Of a DNA stretch of 49,340 nucleotides, positions 36,622 to 45,621 are shown piece by piece. The notes beneath the pieces are model-generated. The model was given only the letters and a program-made list of their open reading frames with translations. It searched no databases and was not told the DNA's origin. Position 1 is the first letter of the stretch. The number at the start of each line of letters is the position of its first letter. Location of the stretch: contig DROW01000181.1 of the NCBI GenBank assembly GCA_011388675.1, positions 1 to 49,340 on the forward strand. Reading direction: 5' to 3'. The position numbers and the translations under genes were made by a program. This stretch comes from Chloroflexota bacterium. Its GTDB lineage: Bacteria; Chloroflexota; Anaerolineae; B4-G1; DUEL01.

Positions 36622-36792
36622 CTATCGCTGCCGGAAGGCGGCCCCCCACGCCCCCCCGCCCAGTAGCACCGCCCCCACCGCCAACAACAGGACAGGCAGC
36701 GCGCTGCCGCTTGGAATCGGTACGCCCGCAGCGAACCAGAGGGCCAGGACCACGCCGCCGCAGAGCAGGTACCCCACCGTCCGAACCTTCAT
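36622..36792 (-). CDS. 56-aa two-TM small membrane protein (absent from ORF track)
   Basis: MKVRTVGYLLCGGVVLALWFAAGVPIPSGSALPVLLLAVGAVLLGGGAWGAAFRQR; RBS GAGGTGA. Confidence 0.6.
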   Translation of the reverse strand: MKVRTVGYLLCGGVVLALWFAAGVPIPSGSALPVLLLAVGAVLLGGGAWGAAFRQR

Positions 36793-36869
36793 CCCTCACC
36801 TCTACCGGCGCTCAGATCAACTCTCCGCCTTTAAGCATACCACACCGCGGGGGGACTTGCTGGACGAGA

Positions 36870-37119
36870 AGAGGACGCCCAAGCGACGCTTCACCACCGG
36901 AAAACCGTCGGTCGAGCGACGCAAACCCTGCGTTTCTCCGACGGCCCAAAGCAGCGGAAAGGGGGCCGAGAAAATGACGCGCCCACCTCAGGCCCTCCCC
37001 CAGATCAATGGCTAGGCTCGGAAAGGGATCCTCTCTTCGTCTGGGAAAGGGCCCGAGGTGGGCCACAAGAGGGTACCGTGCGGACCGGGCTCTCCTCACA
37101 CACCCACCCTCCGGTCCAC
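36870..37119 (-). ncRNA. Candidate structured ncRNA or long 5' leader
   Basis: Extended -10 TGGTATAAT at 37125-37133; 24-bp stem 36981-37004/37040-37063 with 3 G-U pairs only on the minus strand; further hairpins. Confidence 0.4.
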
Positions 37120-37214
37120 TCACCATTATACCAGGGGAAAAAGGGGCGACCATTGCAATCGCATTGCAATTTCACCGCCCGGCGGGCGAGGCGAGACGGC
37201 GGCGCATCCGCAGG

Positions 37215-37264
37215 GAGGGGTGCGCTTCCGTTTGGGGACGAAGGGGTCCCTATTCTGAAGCACA
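37215..37264. mobile_element. MITE-like element, copy 2 (internally shorter)
   Basis: GAGGGGTGCGCTTCCGTTTGGGG..CGAAGG and CCCTATTCTGAAGCACA match 1393-1463. Confidence 0.55.
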
Positions 37265-37349
37265 GGTTCGCTTGCTCCCCTGCCCCCCTGTGTTACAATT
37301 GGAAACAGTGGCCGGTGCGTCGGGGCGCTCGGCGACCTGGAGGGAAAGC

Positions 37350-39116
37350 GTGGTAGCGCGGCACGAGATCGTAGAGCGGCTGAGGAGCGTCCGCCTCTTC
37401 TCCAACCTCAGCCTGTCCGCCCTGGAAGACCTGGCAAAACGGGTGCGCTCCGTCGAATACACACGGGGCACCCTCGTCTACCGCCAGGGAGAGCCAGGGG
37501 ACCGGTACTTCATCGTCCACCGAGGAAGCCTTCGGGCGACCCGGATCGACCCGGAGGGCGAGGCGGTCGAAGTACGGCGGCTGGGCCCCGGAGAGGGCGT
37601 CGGGGAGACGTCCCTGCTGCTGGGGGACGTGCGCGACGTGACCCTTGAGGCGGTGGAACGGAGCGTCCTGCTCTACATCGAACGGGCCGATTTCGAGCAG
37701 TTCCTCGAGGAACATCCCCGCGCCGAACGGGCGTTGGTGATGCGCCCCGACGTGGCGGAACGCCGTCGCTATCCCCGCTTCCCGTGGATGGAGGAGGACG
37801 AGTTCCCCATCAAAGTCCTCCATCGGCACCCGGTGATGCTCGTCCTCCGTCTGATCCCCTTTTTGTTCATCCTGACGCTTTCGGCCGCGGGCATCGGCGT
37901 GTCGATCTCGTGGATACTGTCCCTGGCGGACTACGGTGGGTGGCTCATCCCTGTGCTCTCCCTACTCCTACTGCTCGCCGCGACGATCGGCGCGGCGGGA
38001 GCGGTCGTGTTCGGTCTCTCCCGCTACGTGGACTGGCGGAACGACCTCTACATCGTTACCAACCGCAGGGTAGCCCATCGGGAACGAACCGGACTCCTGG
38101 GCCTGGGGAAGGAGAACCTCTCTGCGGCCCCCATCGACGCCGTCCAGGACGTCAACGTTACCCGGATCGGAGCGCTGGCATCGCTCTTCAACTTCGGCGA
38201 CCTGACCATCGAAACCGCGGGGGGAGGAGGGCGGGTCGAGTTCTTTACTATCCCACACCCGGAGGTGGTGCAACAGGCGATTCTCCAGCAACAGGCCAGA
38301 GCCCGAGCCCTGGCCCGCATCCAGCAGCGGGAACAGATCCGCCAGGTTATGTACCGCTACTTCGGAAAGGAACCGGGCAAGCCCTCCCAGGAACAGCCCT
38401 CCGCCCCGCCGGAGGAAAGGCGGGCAAGAAGCCGTCTGCGCGGTTGCCTCCTCCTCCCCCTCAGCGTCCTCAGATATTTCTTTCCCCCTCTATGGGAACG
38501 GAACGGCGAGCAGATCACCTGGCGCAAGCACTGGGTGGAGTTGTTCCGCACGGCCGGCCTCGCTCTGACGATGCTGGTCATTTCCCTCTCCGCCCTTGTC
38601 TCCCTCCTCGCCACCCAACCGGCTTCCCCCTCCCAGCCGTCCGCCGCGCAGCCGTTCCGCGTGCGTCTATCCCTCCTGGGATTCCTTTTCCTCTCCACCT
38701 TCGTCACCCTCCTGTGGTTCCTGTGGAAGTTCGAGGACTGGCGTAACGATTACTATCAGGTAACGGCGAACCGCATCATCCACGTGGAGCGGAAACCGTT
38801 CTACATCCGCCACGAGCGGCGGGAAGCAAGCCTGGATGCCGTGACCAACGTGCGGGCGGAGAGGACGTTCTGGGGGCGGGTTCTCCGGTATGGGGATGTC
38901 GTCGTGGAGACCCGCACTCCAGAGGGCGTGTTCCACTTCCGCGCCGTGGCACGCCCTGAGGCCGTCCAGCAGGAGATCTTCGCCCACGTGGCCGCTTTCA
39001 ACCGGCGACGTCAGCAGCAGGAGGCCCAGCGGCGTCGAGCCGAGATGGTGGACTGGTTCATCGCCTACGACGAATTTCGTCGCCCCCGTCCCGAATCCTC
39101 CCAAGAAGGTGAATGA
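37350..39116 (+). CDS. cNMP-binding domain membrane protein with two bacterial PH (bPH_2-like) domains
   Basis: LF..L, QGEPGDRYFIV.RG, GE.SLL; twice W....Y.VT.RR...FGD..IET; RBS GGAGG, GTG start; promoter TTGCTC-N16-TACAAT at 37272-37299. Confidence 0.82.
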   Translation: MVARHEIVERLRSVRLFSNLSLSALEDLAKRVRSVEYTRGTLVYRQGEPGDRYFIVHRGSLRATRIDPEGEAVEVRRLGPGEGVGETSLLLGDVRDVTLEAVERSVLLYIERADFEQFLEEHPRAERALVMRPDVAERRRYPRFPWMEEDEFPIKVLHRHPVMLVLRLIPFLFILTLSAAGIGVSISWILSLADYGGWLIPVLSLLLLLAATIGAAGAVVFGLSRYVDWRNDLYIVTNRRVAHRERTGLLGLGKENLSAAPIDAVQDVNVTRIGALASLFNFGDLTIETAGGGGRVEFFTIPHPEVVQQAILQQQARARALARIQQREQIRQVMYRYFGKEPGKPSQEQPSAPPEERRARSRLRGCLLLPLSVLRYFFPPLWERNGEQITWRKHWVELFRTAGLALTMLVISLSALVSLLATQPASPSQPSAAQPFRVRLSLLGFLFLSTFVTLLWFLWKFEDWRNDYYQVTANRIIHVERKPFYIRHERREASLDAVTNVRAERTFWGRVLRYGDVVVETRTPEGVFHFRAVARPEAVQQEIFAHVAAFNRRRQQQEAQRRRAEMVDWFIAYDEFRRPRPESSQEGE

Positions 39117-39673
39117 TGGCGCTACGAACGATCGTCTTTTCGGATAACCCGATCCTGCGTCGGCGGTCCAGCCGGGTGGCCCGTATCACCCCGGACATCC
39201 GGCAGTTGGTCGAGGATATGTTCGAAACGATGCGCGCGGCCAACGGCGTCGGCCTGGCCGCAGTGCAGGTCGGCGTGCCGCTGCGGGTCATCGTCGTCGA
39301 AATCCCGGAGGACCTGGACGACCCTGACGCCGGGACCTCCCTGGCACTCGTCAACCCCGAACTGGCCCGTGTCTCCAAAGAGACCGAGGAAGGGGTCGAA
39401 GGCTGTCTCTCGGTCCCCGGCTGGCTCGGCAATGTCCTCCGCCACCGACAGGTTACCGTGAAGGGCCTCGACCTCAAGGGCCGAAAAGTCCGTCTGCGGG
39501 CCACGGGCTACCTGGCCCGCGTCCTCCAACACGAGATCGACCACCTCAACGGCATCCTCTTCATCGACCGCACGGACGAGATCTGGCCGGTCGAAGAGGG
39601 GGAGGAGGAGATGGCGGAGGCAGAGGCAGCCGCCCGACAGGGAGGTGGGAGGACCGAGGGACTTCTGGAATAG
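39116..39673 (+). CDS. def: Peptide deformylase
   Basis: GVGLAAVQ, EGCLS, QHEIDHLNG. Confidence 0.97.
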   Translation: MALRTIVFSDNPILRRRSSRVARITPDIRQLVEDMFETMRAANGVGLAAVQVGVPLRVIVVEIPEDLDDPDAGTSLALVNPELARVSKETEEGVEGCLSVPGWLGNVLRHRQVTVKGLDLKGRKVRLRATGYLARVLQHEIDHLNGILFIDRTDEIWPVEEGEEEMAEAEAAARQGGGRTEGLLE

Positions 39674-39687
39674 TTGGATCGCTCCGA

Positions 39688-40284
39688 ATGGACGAAGCGG
39701 CCCTGATCCGCGCCGCCCAGCGCGGGAACCTGGATGCCTTCAACGAACTGGTGCTGACGTATCAGCACCGGATCTACAACCTCGCCTACCGCATCCTGGG
39801 GGACCCGGCCGCCGCGGAGGACGCTACCCAGGAGGCCTTTATCGCCGCCTACCGCAAGATCGGTTCCTTCCGTGGCGGCTCCTTCGTCTCCTGGCTCCTG
39901 CGCATCGTCGCCAACCGGTGTTACGACGAACTCCGTCGCCGGAAGCGACGCCCCAGCGTCCCCCTGGAAGAAATGGCGGCGGAGGACGAGGAGATCAACC
40001 CCGCCCTGATCAACGGCAGCGCGTCGCCAGAGGAGCACGCTGAGCGGGCCGAACTGATCCGTCTCCTTCAGACGGCCATCGCCACGCTCCCCCCCGACCA
40101 GCGGGTGGTCCTGGTCCTCTCCGACGTCGAGGGGCTCTCCTACGCCGAGATCGCAGCGGCGATCGACGTGCCGGTAGGGACGGTGAAATCCCGCCTGGCG
40201 CGGGCCCGCGTCCGTCTGCGGGACTACCTCCGGGAGCGGGGGGAACTTCTTCCCCGCGCGTATCGTCTTGAGGGTGAGGATTGA
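39688..40284 (+). CDS. ECF sigma-70 factor (SigE/SigW-like)
   Basis: AEDATQEAF, SWLLRIVAN, LSYAEIA..VGTVKSRLARAR. Confidence 0.95.
   Translation: MDEAALIRAAQRGNLDAFNELVLTYQHRIYNLAYRILGDPAAAEDATQEAFIAAYRKIGSFRGGSFVSWLLRIVANRCYDELRRRKRRPSVPLEEMAAEDEEINPALINGSASPEEHAERAELIRLLQTAIATLPPDQRVVLVLSDVEGLSYAEIAAAIDVPVGTVKSRLARARVRLRDYLRERGELLPRAYRLEGED
40242..40268 (+). promoter_or_regulatory. ECF-type promoter embedded in the sigma gene 3' end
   Basis: GGAACT-N16-CGTCT, 19 nt before the anti-sigma ATG. Confidence 0.65.
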
Positions 40285-40287
40285 AGG

Positions 40288-41082
40288 ATGGGATGGAAAC
40301 GGAAAGCGATGCGGACGGATGAACTGCTGTCCGCCTACCTGGACGGGGAATTGAACCCTAAAGAACGGGCCCGTCTGGAGGCCCGCCTGGCCGCCGATCC
40401 GGATTTGAGGGAGCGGCTGGAGGAACTGCGGCGGACGATCGCCCTGGTGCGGGGGTTGCCGCGGGTGAAGGCTCCCCGCAACTTCCTGCTGACGCCGGAG
40501 ATGGTCGCGCCGGCGCGTCGCCGCCCGGTCCTCCTGGGGCGACGGCTGGCCCCGGTCCTCACCCTCGCCACGGCGATGAGCGCGCTGGCCTGCGCGGTGG
40601 TGTTGATCGGCAACCTCCTGACGTTCGGCCTCGGGGGGATGGGGGCGGCTCCGGCCGCCGCGCCGCCCCGCCAGGTGGCCCTGGAGCCCGCGACGGAAGA
40701 GGCTGCCCTCGCCCCCCTCCCCGAAGAGGCGACCGAGGAGGAGCCGATGATAGCAGCGGGCGTCGTCACCGCGACGGCGAAAGTGAGCAGGACGGTCGTG
40801 CCCGAGGCCGCGCTGGCCCCTGGGCGAGCGATCTCCCCGACCATCGTCCCGTCCCCCTCTCCGACGCCTCAGCCGCAGATGGGGGCCGCCGATACGGGGA
40901 GAGAAGAGGCAGGGCCAGGCACGCCCGCTCCCCCGGCCCCGGCGGCAGAGAAAGGCGGCACGCTTCCCCCCGGCGCGCCGCCCCCCTCCCGACCCGGCTG
41001 GCCCCTTCTGGCTGGAGGGCTCGCTCTGCTCACGCTGGTCCTGCTGGTCGTCACCGTCCTGGCCTGGCGCGCCCAGGAGTGA
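40288..41082 (+). CDS. Putative anti-sigma factor (zf-HC2-like ASD lacking Zn ligands, TM, Pro/Ala linker, second TM)
   Basis: ELLSAYLDGEL..ERARLEARL, downstream of ECF sigma. Confidence 0.85.
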   Translation: MGWKRKAMRTDELLSAYLDGELNPKERARLEARLAADPDLRERLEELRRTIALVRGLPRVKAPRNFLLTPEMVAPARRRPVLLGRRLAPVLTLATAMSALACAVVLIGNLLTFGLGGMGAAPAAAPPRQVALEPATEEAALAPLPEEATEEEPMIAAGVVTATAKVSRTVVPEAALAPGRAISPTIVPSPSPTPQPQMGAADTGREEAGPGTPAPPAPAAEKGGTLPPGAPPPSRPGWPLLAGGLALLTLVLLVVTVLAWRAQE

Positions 41083-41116
41083 ACCGCCGGCCCGGTGCGA
41101 TCCCGGGTCCGCAGGC

Positions 41117-42235
41117 TCAACCGGCTTCAGAAGCCACCGGCAGCCAGATCGTGAAAGTGCTCCCCTCGCCCAGCGTGCTCTCCACCTCGACGTCCCCCCC
41201 GTGCAGCCGGATCAGTTCCCGGGCAATGGTCAGCCCAACGCCCACCCCCTGCTGCTCCAGACGGTCCCTGCCGACCTGTCGGAACCGCTCGAACAGACGG
41301 GGGATCTCCTCCGCGGGAATCCCGATCCCTCGATCGATCACGGAGATCTCCACCCGGTCGCCCCGGGCGCGGGTCCGGACCGTCACCCGTTTCTCGTCCC
41401 GCAGAGAAAACTTGATCCCGTTGTCGATGAGACGCCCCAGCGCGTCGGAGAACAGCGGTTCGCAGAGCAGAACCGGAGGGAGGTCGGCCTCGGCCTCTAC
41501 CTCCAGGACCACCCCGTGCTCCGCCGCCCGCCGCTCGTATTGGTGGACCGTCCGTTCGACGACCGTACCCAGGTCGTGGCGGACGGTGGCGAGTTTCTGG
41601 AACTCCGCCGCCGTGTGCCCCGTGTCCAACCGGATCAGGAGCAGCAGGTCGTTGACCAACCGGGTGAGACGGTCGGCCCCGCGTTTGATCCCGGCGAGGA
41701 ACTCCTGCAACTCCTCAGCGGAGAGGTCCTCCAAGTCGTCCAGGGCCAGTTCGGCGTACCCCGTGACGTAGGTGAGGGGCGTGCGGAGTTCGTGCCCCAG
41801 AATCGTGGTGATCTGCCGTTTGAGTTCGTCGAACTCCTCTTCGGTCGCCTGGCGGATCTCCCGGGTTCGGGCCAGGCGGGATCGGATCGCCACCACCAGT
41901 TCCTGGGGGTCGAACGGCTTGGTGATGTAGTCCTCCGCCCCCATCGCCTTCCCCTTCAGCACATCCTCCCGCTCCGCCTTGGCGGTCAGGAAGATGAACG
42001 GGATGGTCACCCATTCCTGGCGGGCGCGGACCGCTTCGTAGAGGGCGTAGCCGTCCATCCGCGGCATCATAATGTCGGCCAGGATCAGGTCGGGGCGGAA
42101 CGTCTCCATCGCTCGCAGCGCCTCCTCCCCGTCGTCGGCGGTGAGGACTTCGAAGCCCTCCTCCTCCAGGATCGTCCGAATCGCGTTCTGCATCGGCTTG
42201 TGGTCCTCTGCAACCAGGATACGCGGCTTGTCCAT
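41117..42235 (-). CDS. Hybrid REC-histidine kinase
   Basis: LVAED, ADIMMP, YITKPF; HELRTPL, DNGIKF, DRGIG, GVGVGL. Confidence 0.94.
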   Translation of the reverse strand: MDKPRILVAEDHKPMQNAIRTILEEEGFEVLTADDGEEALRAMETFRPDLILADIMMPRMDGYALYEAVRARQEWVTIPFIFLTAKAEREDVLKGKAMGAEDYITKPFDPQELVVAIRSRLARTREIRQATEEEFDELKRQITTILGHELRTPLTYVTGYAELALDDLEDLSAEELQEFLAGIKRGADRLTRLVNDLLLLIRLDTGHTAAEFQKLATVRHDLGTVVERTVHQYERRAAEHGVVLEVEAEADLPPVLLCEPLFSDALGRLIDNGIKFSLRDEKRVTVRTRARGDRVEISVIDRGIGIPAEEIPRLFERFRQVGRDRLEQQGVGVGLTIARELIRLHGGDVEVESTLGEGSTFTIWLPVASEAG

Positions 42236-42274
42236 CGCTCAAGCCTCCACGCTTTAGTTGGGACGAGCGGCCAG

Positions 42275-45112
42275 TCACCCGGCAAGAGGCAGCCAGACCG
42301 TGAACGTGGACCCCTCCCCTTCCTTGCTCTCCACGGTTACCCAGCCCCCGTGCATCTCCACCAGTTCCTTCACGATGGCCAGCCCCAGGCCGGTGCCGGG
42401 GATCTGCATCCGTCGGGGCGTCTCCCCCCGAAAGAAGCGGTCGAAGATGAACGGCAGTTCCTCCTCGGGGATCCCGATCCCGGTATCGGCCACAGTCACC
42501 ACCGCCCACATCCGGTCCTCGGCTTCCTTTCGTCCGACGGAGACCGTCACTCGACCGCCGGAGGGGGTGTAGCGGATGGCGTTGGTCATCAGGTTGTCGA
42601 GCACCTCCCTCATCCGCTCCGGGTCCACCTCCACCACCACCTCCTCCTCCGGGGGACGTTGCTCCAACGTGATGCCCTTCTCCTGGGCCATCACCCGGTG
42701 CCGTTCCACGGCGGATTGGGCCAGGCGATGGAGGGAGGTCTTCTCCAAAGAAAGCGCGACCCGCCCGGCGTCGATGCGGGAGAACTCCAGGATGTCCTCG
42801 ACCAGTTCCACCAGCCGGTCCACCTCTCGCTCTAGCGGCTTCAGATGTTCAGCCCAATGCGCGGGCTGTCTTCGCATCAGGCTCGCGTACAACTTGATGG
42901 TGGCGAGGGGGGTGCGGAGTTCGTGGGAGATGTTGGAGATGAAGCGGCTCCGCATCCGGTCCAGCGCACGTAAGCGGGTCACGTCGTGGATGGCGACCAC
43001 GGCCAGTTCCTCCCTCTCGCCCCCTGCGATCGGCGCGGCCCGCATCTCCAGGTCCAGGCCGGTGAGTTCCAGCACTTCCTCCGGCCGTTCCTCCGCCCGC
43101 GCCGCCAGATCGCGGATCACCTCCCGAAGCCGCCGCGCGTCATCGATGGAGAGGGTGCGCTCCAGCCAGGCCTGAGCGACCGGGTTGGCCTGGTGGATGT
43201 TCCCCTGGCGGTCGGCGACGACGATGCCGTCGGTGGTGCTGCGGAGGATCGCTTCCAGCCGGGCATACTGGGCGGCCAACTGGGCCGTCCGTTCCTGAAC
43301 CCGCATCTCCAGGTCCTCCGCGTACTTCTGCAACTGCTGGTAGAGGCGGGCGTTCTCAATGGCGGTCCCGACCTGGTCGGCGAAGGCTTGGAGCCGTCGG
43401 GCGTCCTCCGGGCCGAACTGTCCGGGGCGGGTGCCGTCCACGTTCAGGAAACCGACCGTCAAGCCCTTCACGCGGATCGGCGCGCCGACGTAAGAGCGAA
43501 TCCACTCCCAGCCGGGCTTGTGCACCCACCTCCTCTCGGCCGCCGTGTCCGGCACCACGACGGGAGCGCCGGTCTGGACCATCTTCGACAGCCCGTAGAG
43601 GGAGTGGAGCGGGATGGAGAGATCGAGGATCTCTGTGGCCTTCCCCACCCGCTCGTACCCTCGCGCCCGGACGATCCGGGCGTGGTCCCCCTCGATCAGG
43701 GAGATGTTGAACGCGTCGCCTGCGACGACCCGCTGTACCTGGTTCAGAATGCCCTCCAGAACCTGCCCCAGGTCCAATGTGCCGCCGACGACGGCGGCGG
43801 TCTCGGCCAGCGCTTCCGCCAGTTCCCGCTCCCTCTGCTCCGCCCGGTACAGCCGGATGTTGTGGATAGCCACGCCGATCTGGTCGGCCAGCGTAGCCAT
43901 CACCATCACGTCGCTTTCGTCGAACGCGTTCAGGTCCGGGCTCTGGGTATCGAGAACGCCGATCACCTCGTTCCCTATCCGGATCGGGACGCACAATTCG
44001 GAACGGGTGGGGATGCGGTCGGGATAGAAGTTGATGTAGCGGGGGTCTTTGCTCACGTCGTTCGCCAGTTCCCGCTCACCGTGTTTCGCGGCCCAACCGA
44101 CCAGCCCCTTGCCAAGAGGAACCTGATGGTCAGGAGGGAAAAGATCGACGAACTGGCCCGCGCGGGCCCGCATAACCAGCGCATTCCTCTCCTGGTCGAG
44201 AAGGAAGAGGGCGACGTGGTGGTAGCCGAACGCCTGCTGGATCAACCGGACCGCCTGCTGAATGAGGGCCTCCAGGTCCATCGTGGCGGCGATCTCCCGG
44301 CCGACCTGGTGGAGGAGAATCAACTGGGAGACGCTGCGGCGCAGCATCTCCTCCGTCTGCTTCCACTCGGTGACGTCTATCAACGTCCCGACGATGGCGG
44401 GACGTCCCTCGTAGTCGACCCGATGGCCGAAGGCCTCGCAGTAGATGACGGTACCGTCCTTGCGCACGCCACGGAAGACGTAATGGGCGCTCTCCGCCTC
44501 CCCCGCCAGCCGCTGCCGGATGCGTTCCTGCACCTCGGAACGATCCTCGGGGTGGACCACGTCGAGGGGGCTCATTTTGCCGATGACCTCCTCGGGCCGG
44601 TAGCCGAACCACTCCGCCAGCGCCCGATTGACGTAGATGATCCGGTCCTCGACGAAGAAATAAACGCCGACGGGCGAGTGCTCCAGCAGGGTGCGGGCGA
44701 TCTCCACTTGCTGCCGGCCTCTCTCCTCCGCCCGATCCCGCAACTGGAGGAGGATGCGGAGCCGTGCGATCAGTTCGGTGTCGGCGGGGGGCAGCCAGAT
44801 GACGTCGTCGAAACCGGCCTCCAGCCAGCGGACGGCATCCTTCCCTCGCGGCAGGGCGATCACCATCGACGGAGGGACCTCCCAGTCGCGCGTTCTGGTG
44901 GAGAGGAGGACCTCCTTCCACTGCTGCGCTGTCGCCTCGTCCACGATCACCAGGTCCGCCCGGCTCCAGACCAGGGGGTCCGTCTCCTCGGGCGAGGGGA
45001 CGATCACCCTGTAGCCGGCCGCCTCGACGGCCCTGACCAGGCGTCGACGGTCTGCCGGGTCGTGGCACAGGAGGGCGATCGTATGCTGGTCGTTTTTTCT
45101 AGGTGCGCTCAC
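42275..45112 (-). CDS. Cytoplasmic sensor histidine kinase (degenerate REC-PAS-GAF-GAF-PAS-HisKA-HATPase)
   Basis: VHPED PAS, two GAF domains, SHELRTPL, NAIRYT, DTGIG, GTGLGL; start uncertain (45112 or 45205). Confidence 0.9.
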   Translation of the reverse strand: MSAPRKNDQHTIALLCHDPADRRRLVRAVEAAGYRVIVPSPEETDPLVWSRADLVIVDEATAQQWKEVLLSTRTRDWEVPPSMVIALPRGKDAVRWLEAGFDDVIWLPPADTELIARLRILLQLRDRAEERGRQQVEIARTLLEHSPVGVYFFVEDRIIYVNRALAEWFGYRPEEVIGKMSPLDVVHPEDRSEVQERIRQRLAGEAESAHYVFRGVRKDGTVIYCEAFGHRVDYEGRPAIVGTLIDVTEWKQTEEMLRRSVSQLILLHQVGREIAATMDLEALIQQAVRLIQQAFGYHHVALFLLDQERNALVMRARAGQFVDLFPPDHQVPLGKGLVGWAAKHGERELANDVSKDPRYINFYPDRIPTRSELCVPIRIGNEVIGVLDTQSPDLNAFDESDVMVMATLADQIGVAIHNIRLYRAEQRERELAEALAETAAVVGGTLDLGQVLEGILNQVQRVVAGDAFNISLIEGDHARIVRARGYERVGKATEILDLSIPLHSLYGLSKMVQTGAPVVVPDTAAERRWVHKPGWEWIRSYVGAPIRVKGLTVGFLNVDGTRPGQFGPEDARRLQAFADQVGTAIENARLYQQLQKYAEDLEMRVQERTAQLAAQYARLEAILRSTTDGIVVADRQGNIHQANPVAQAWLERTLSIDDARRLREVIRDLAARAEERPEEVLELTGLDLEMRAAPIAGGEREELAVVAIHDVTRLRALDRMRSRFISNISHELRTPLATIKLYASLMRRQPAHWAEHLKPLEREVDRLVELVEDILEFSRIDAGRVALSLEKTSLHRLAQSAVERHRVMAQEKGITLEQRPPEEEVVVEVDPERMREVLDNLMTNAIRYTPSGGRVTVSVGRKEAEDRMWAVVTVADTGIGIPEEELPFIFDRFFRGETPRRMQIPGTGLGLAIVKELVEMHGGWVTVESKEGEGSTFTVWLPLAG

Positions 45113-45335
45113 TTCCGTCCCCCACACTGCCTCCGCGCCTTGCAGCAGGGCCCGATAGCCGGCCTGCTGGCGCGGATGCCCGCTTCCCGGTCCATCCAAG
45201 GACACAAGTTATCATACCACATTTGAGGTCTTCTGAAAACCACAATGTCCGCAAGGGCAGGGCTGATCATTCCTCAAGAAGCGGTTGAGACCCCCTGCGC
45301 AAAAATGCGATGGCCCTGCCCCCGGGAATACGGCC

Positions 45336-45363
45336 TTGACATCTGTCCGATCTGCGGTAGAAT
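45336..45363 (+). promoter_or_regulatory. Promoter of tRNA-Ala pair
   Basis: TTGACA-N16-TAGAAT. Confidence 0.75.
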
Positions 45364-45375
45364 TAACGCCGACTT

Positions 45376-45448
<73 letters not shown>

Positions 45449-45457
45449 CCTGAGCGT

Positions 45458-45530
45458 GGGCCCGTGGCGCAGTTGGGAGCGCGTCTCAATGGCATTGAGA
45501 AGGTCGAGGGTTCGAGTCCCTCCGGGTCCA
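45458..45530 (+). tRNA. tRNA-Ala(GGC)
   Basis: GGGCCCG/CGGGTCC with G3-U70, loop ATGGCAT. Confidence 0.95.
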
Positions 45531-45621
45531 CCTGGCGAGGCGAAAAGGATGAGAAAGCCGTGGCCAAAAGAGCCCCTTCGTCCCTCCGGCGAAGGGGTTC
45601 TCGCGTTCGTAGGAGGGCGCA

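Noticed and set aside
36890-36960. c-di-GMP-I riboswitch (GACGCAAA motif)
   Set aside because: Lacks the P2 GNRA tetraloop and the receptor/P3 consensus
37005-37040. SRP RNA domain IV (CTAGG..GGAA..)
   Set aside because: The conserved AGCAG half of the loop is missing, and G-U bias favours the opposite strand
37008-37349. N-terminal extension of the cNMP protein in the ORF track
   Set aside because: It crosses promoters and the MITE-like repeat; the RBS supports GTG 37350
42986-45226. Long antisense ORFs (also 39-1457, 12385-13782, 30446-32449, 41201-42835)
   Set aside because: Shadow frames of real genes in high-GC DNA, with no recognisable motifs
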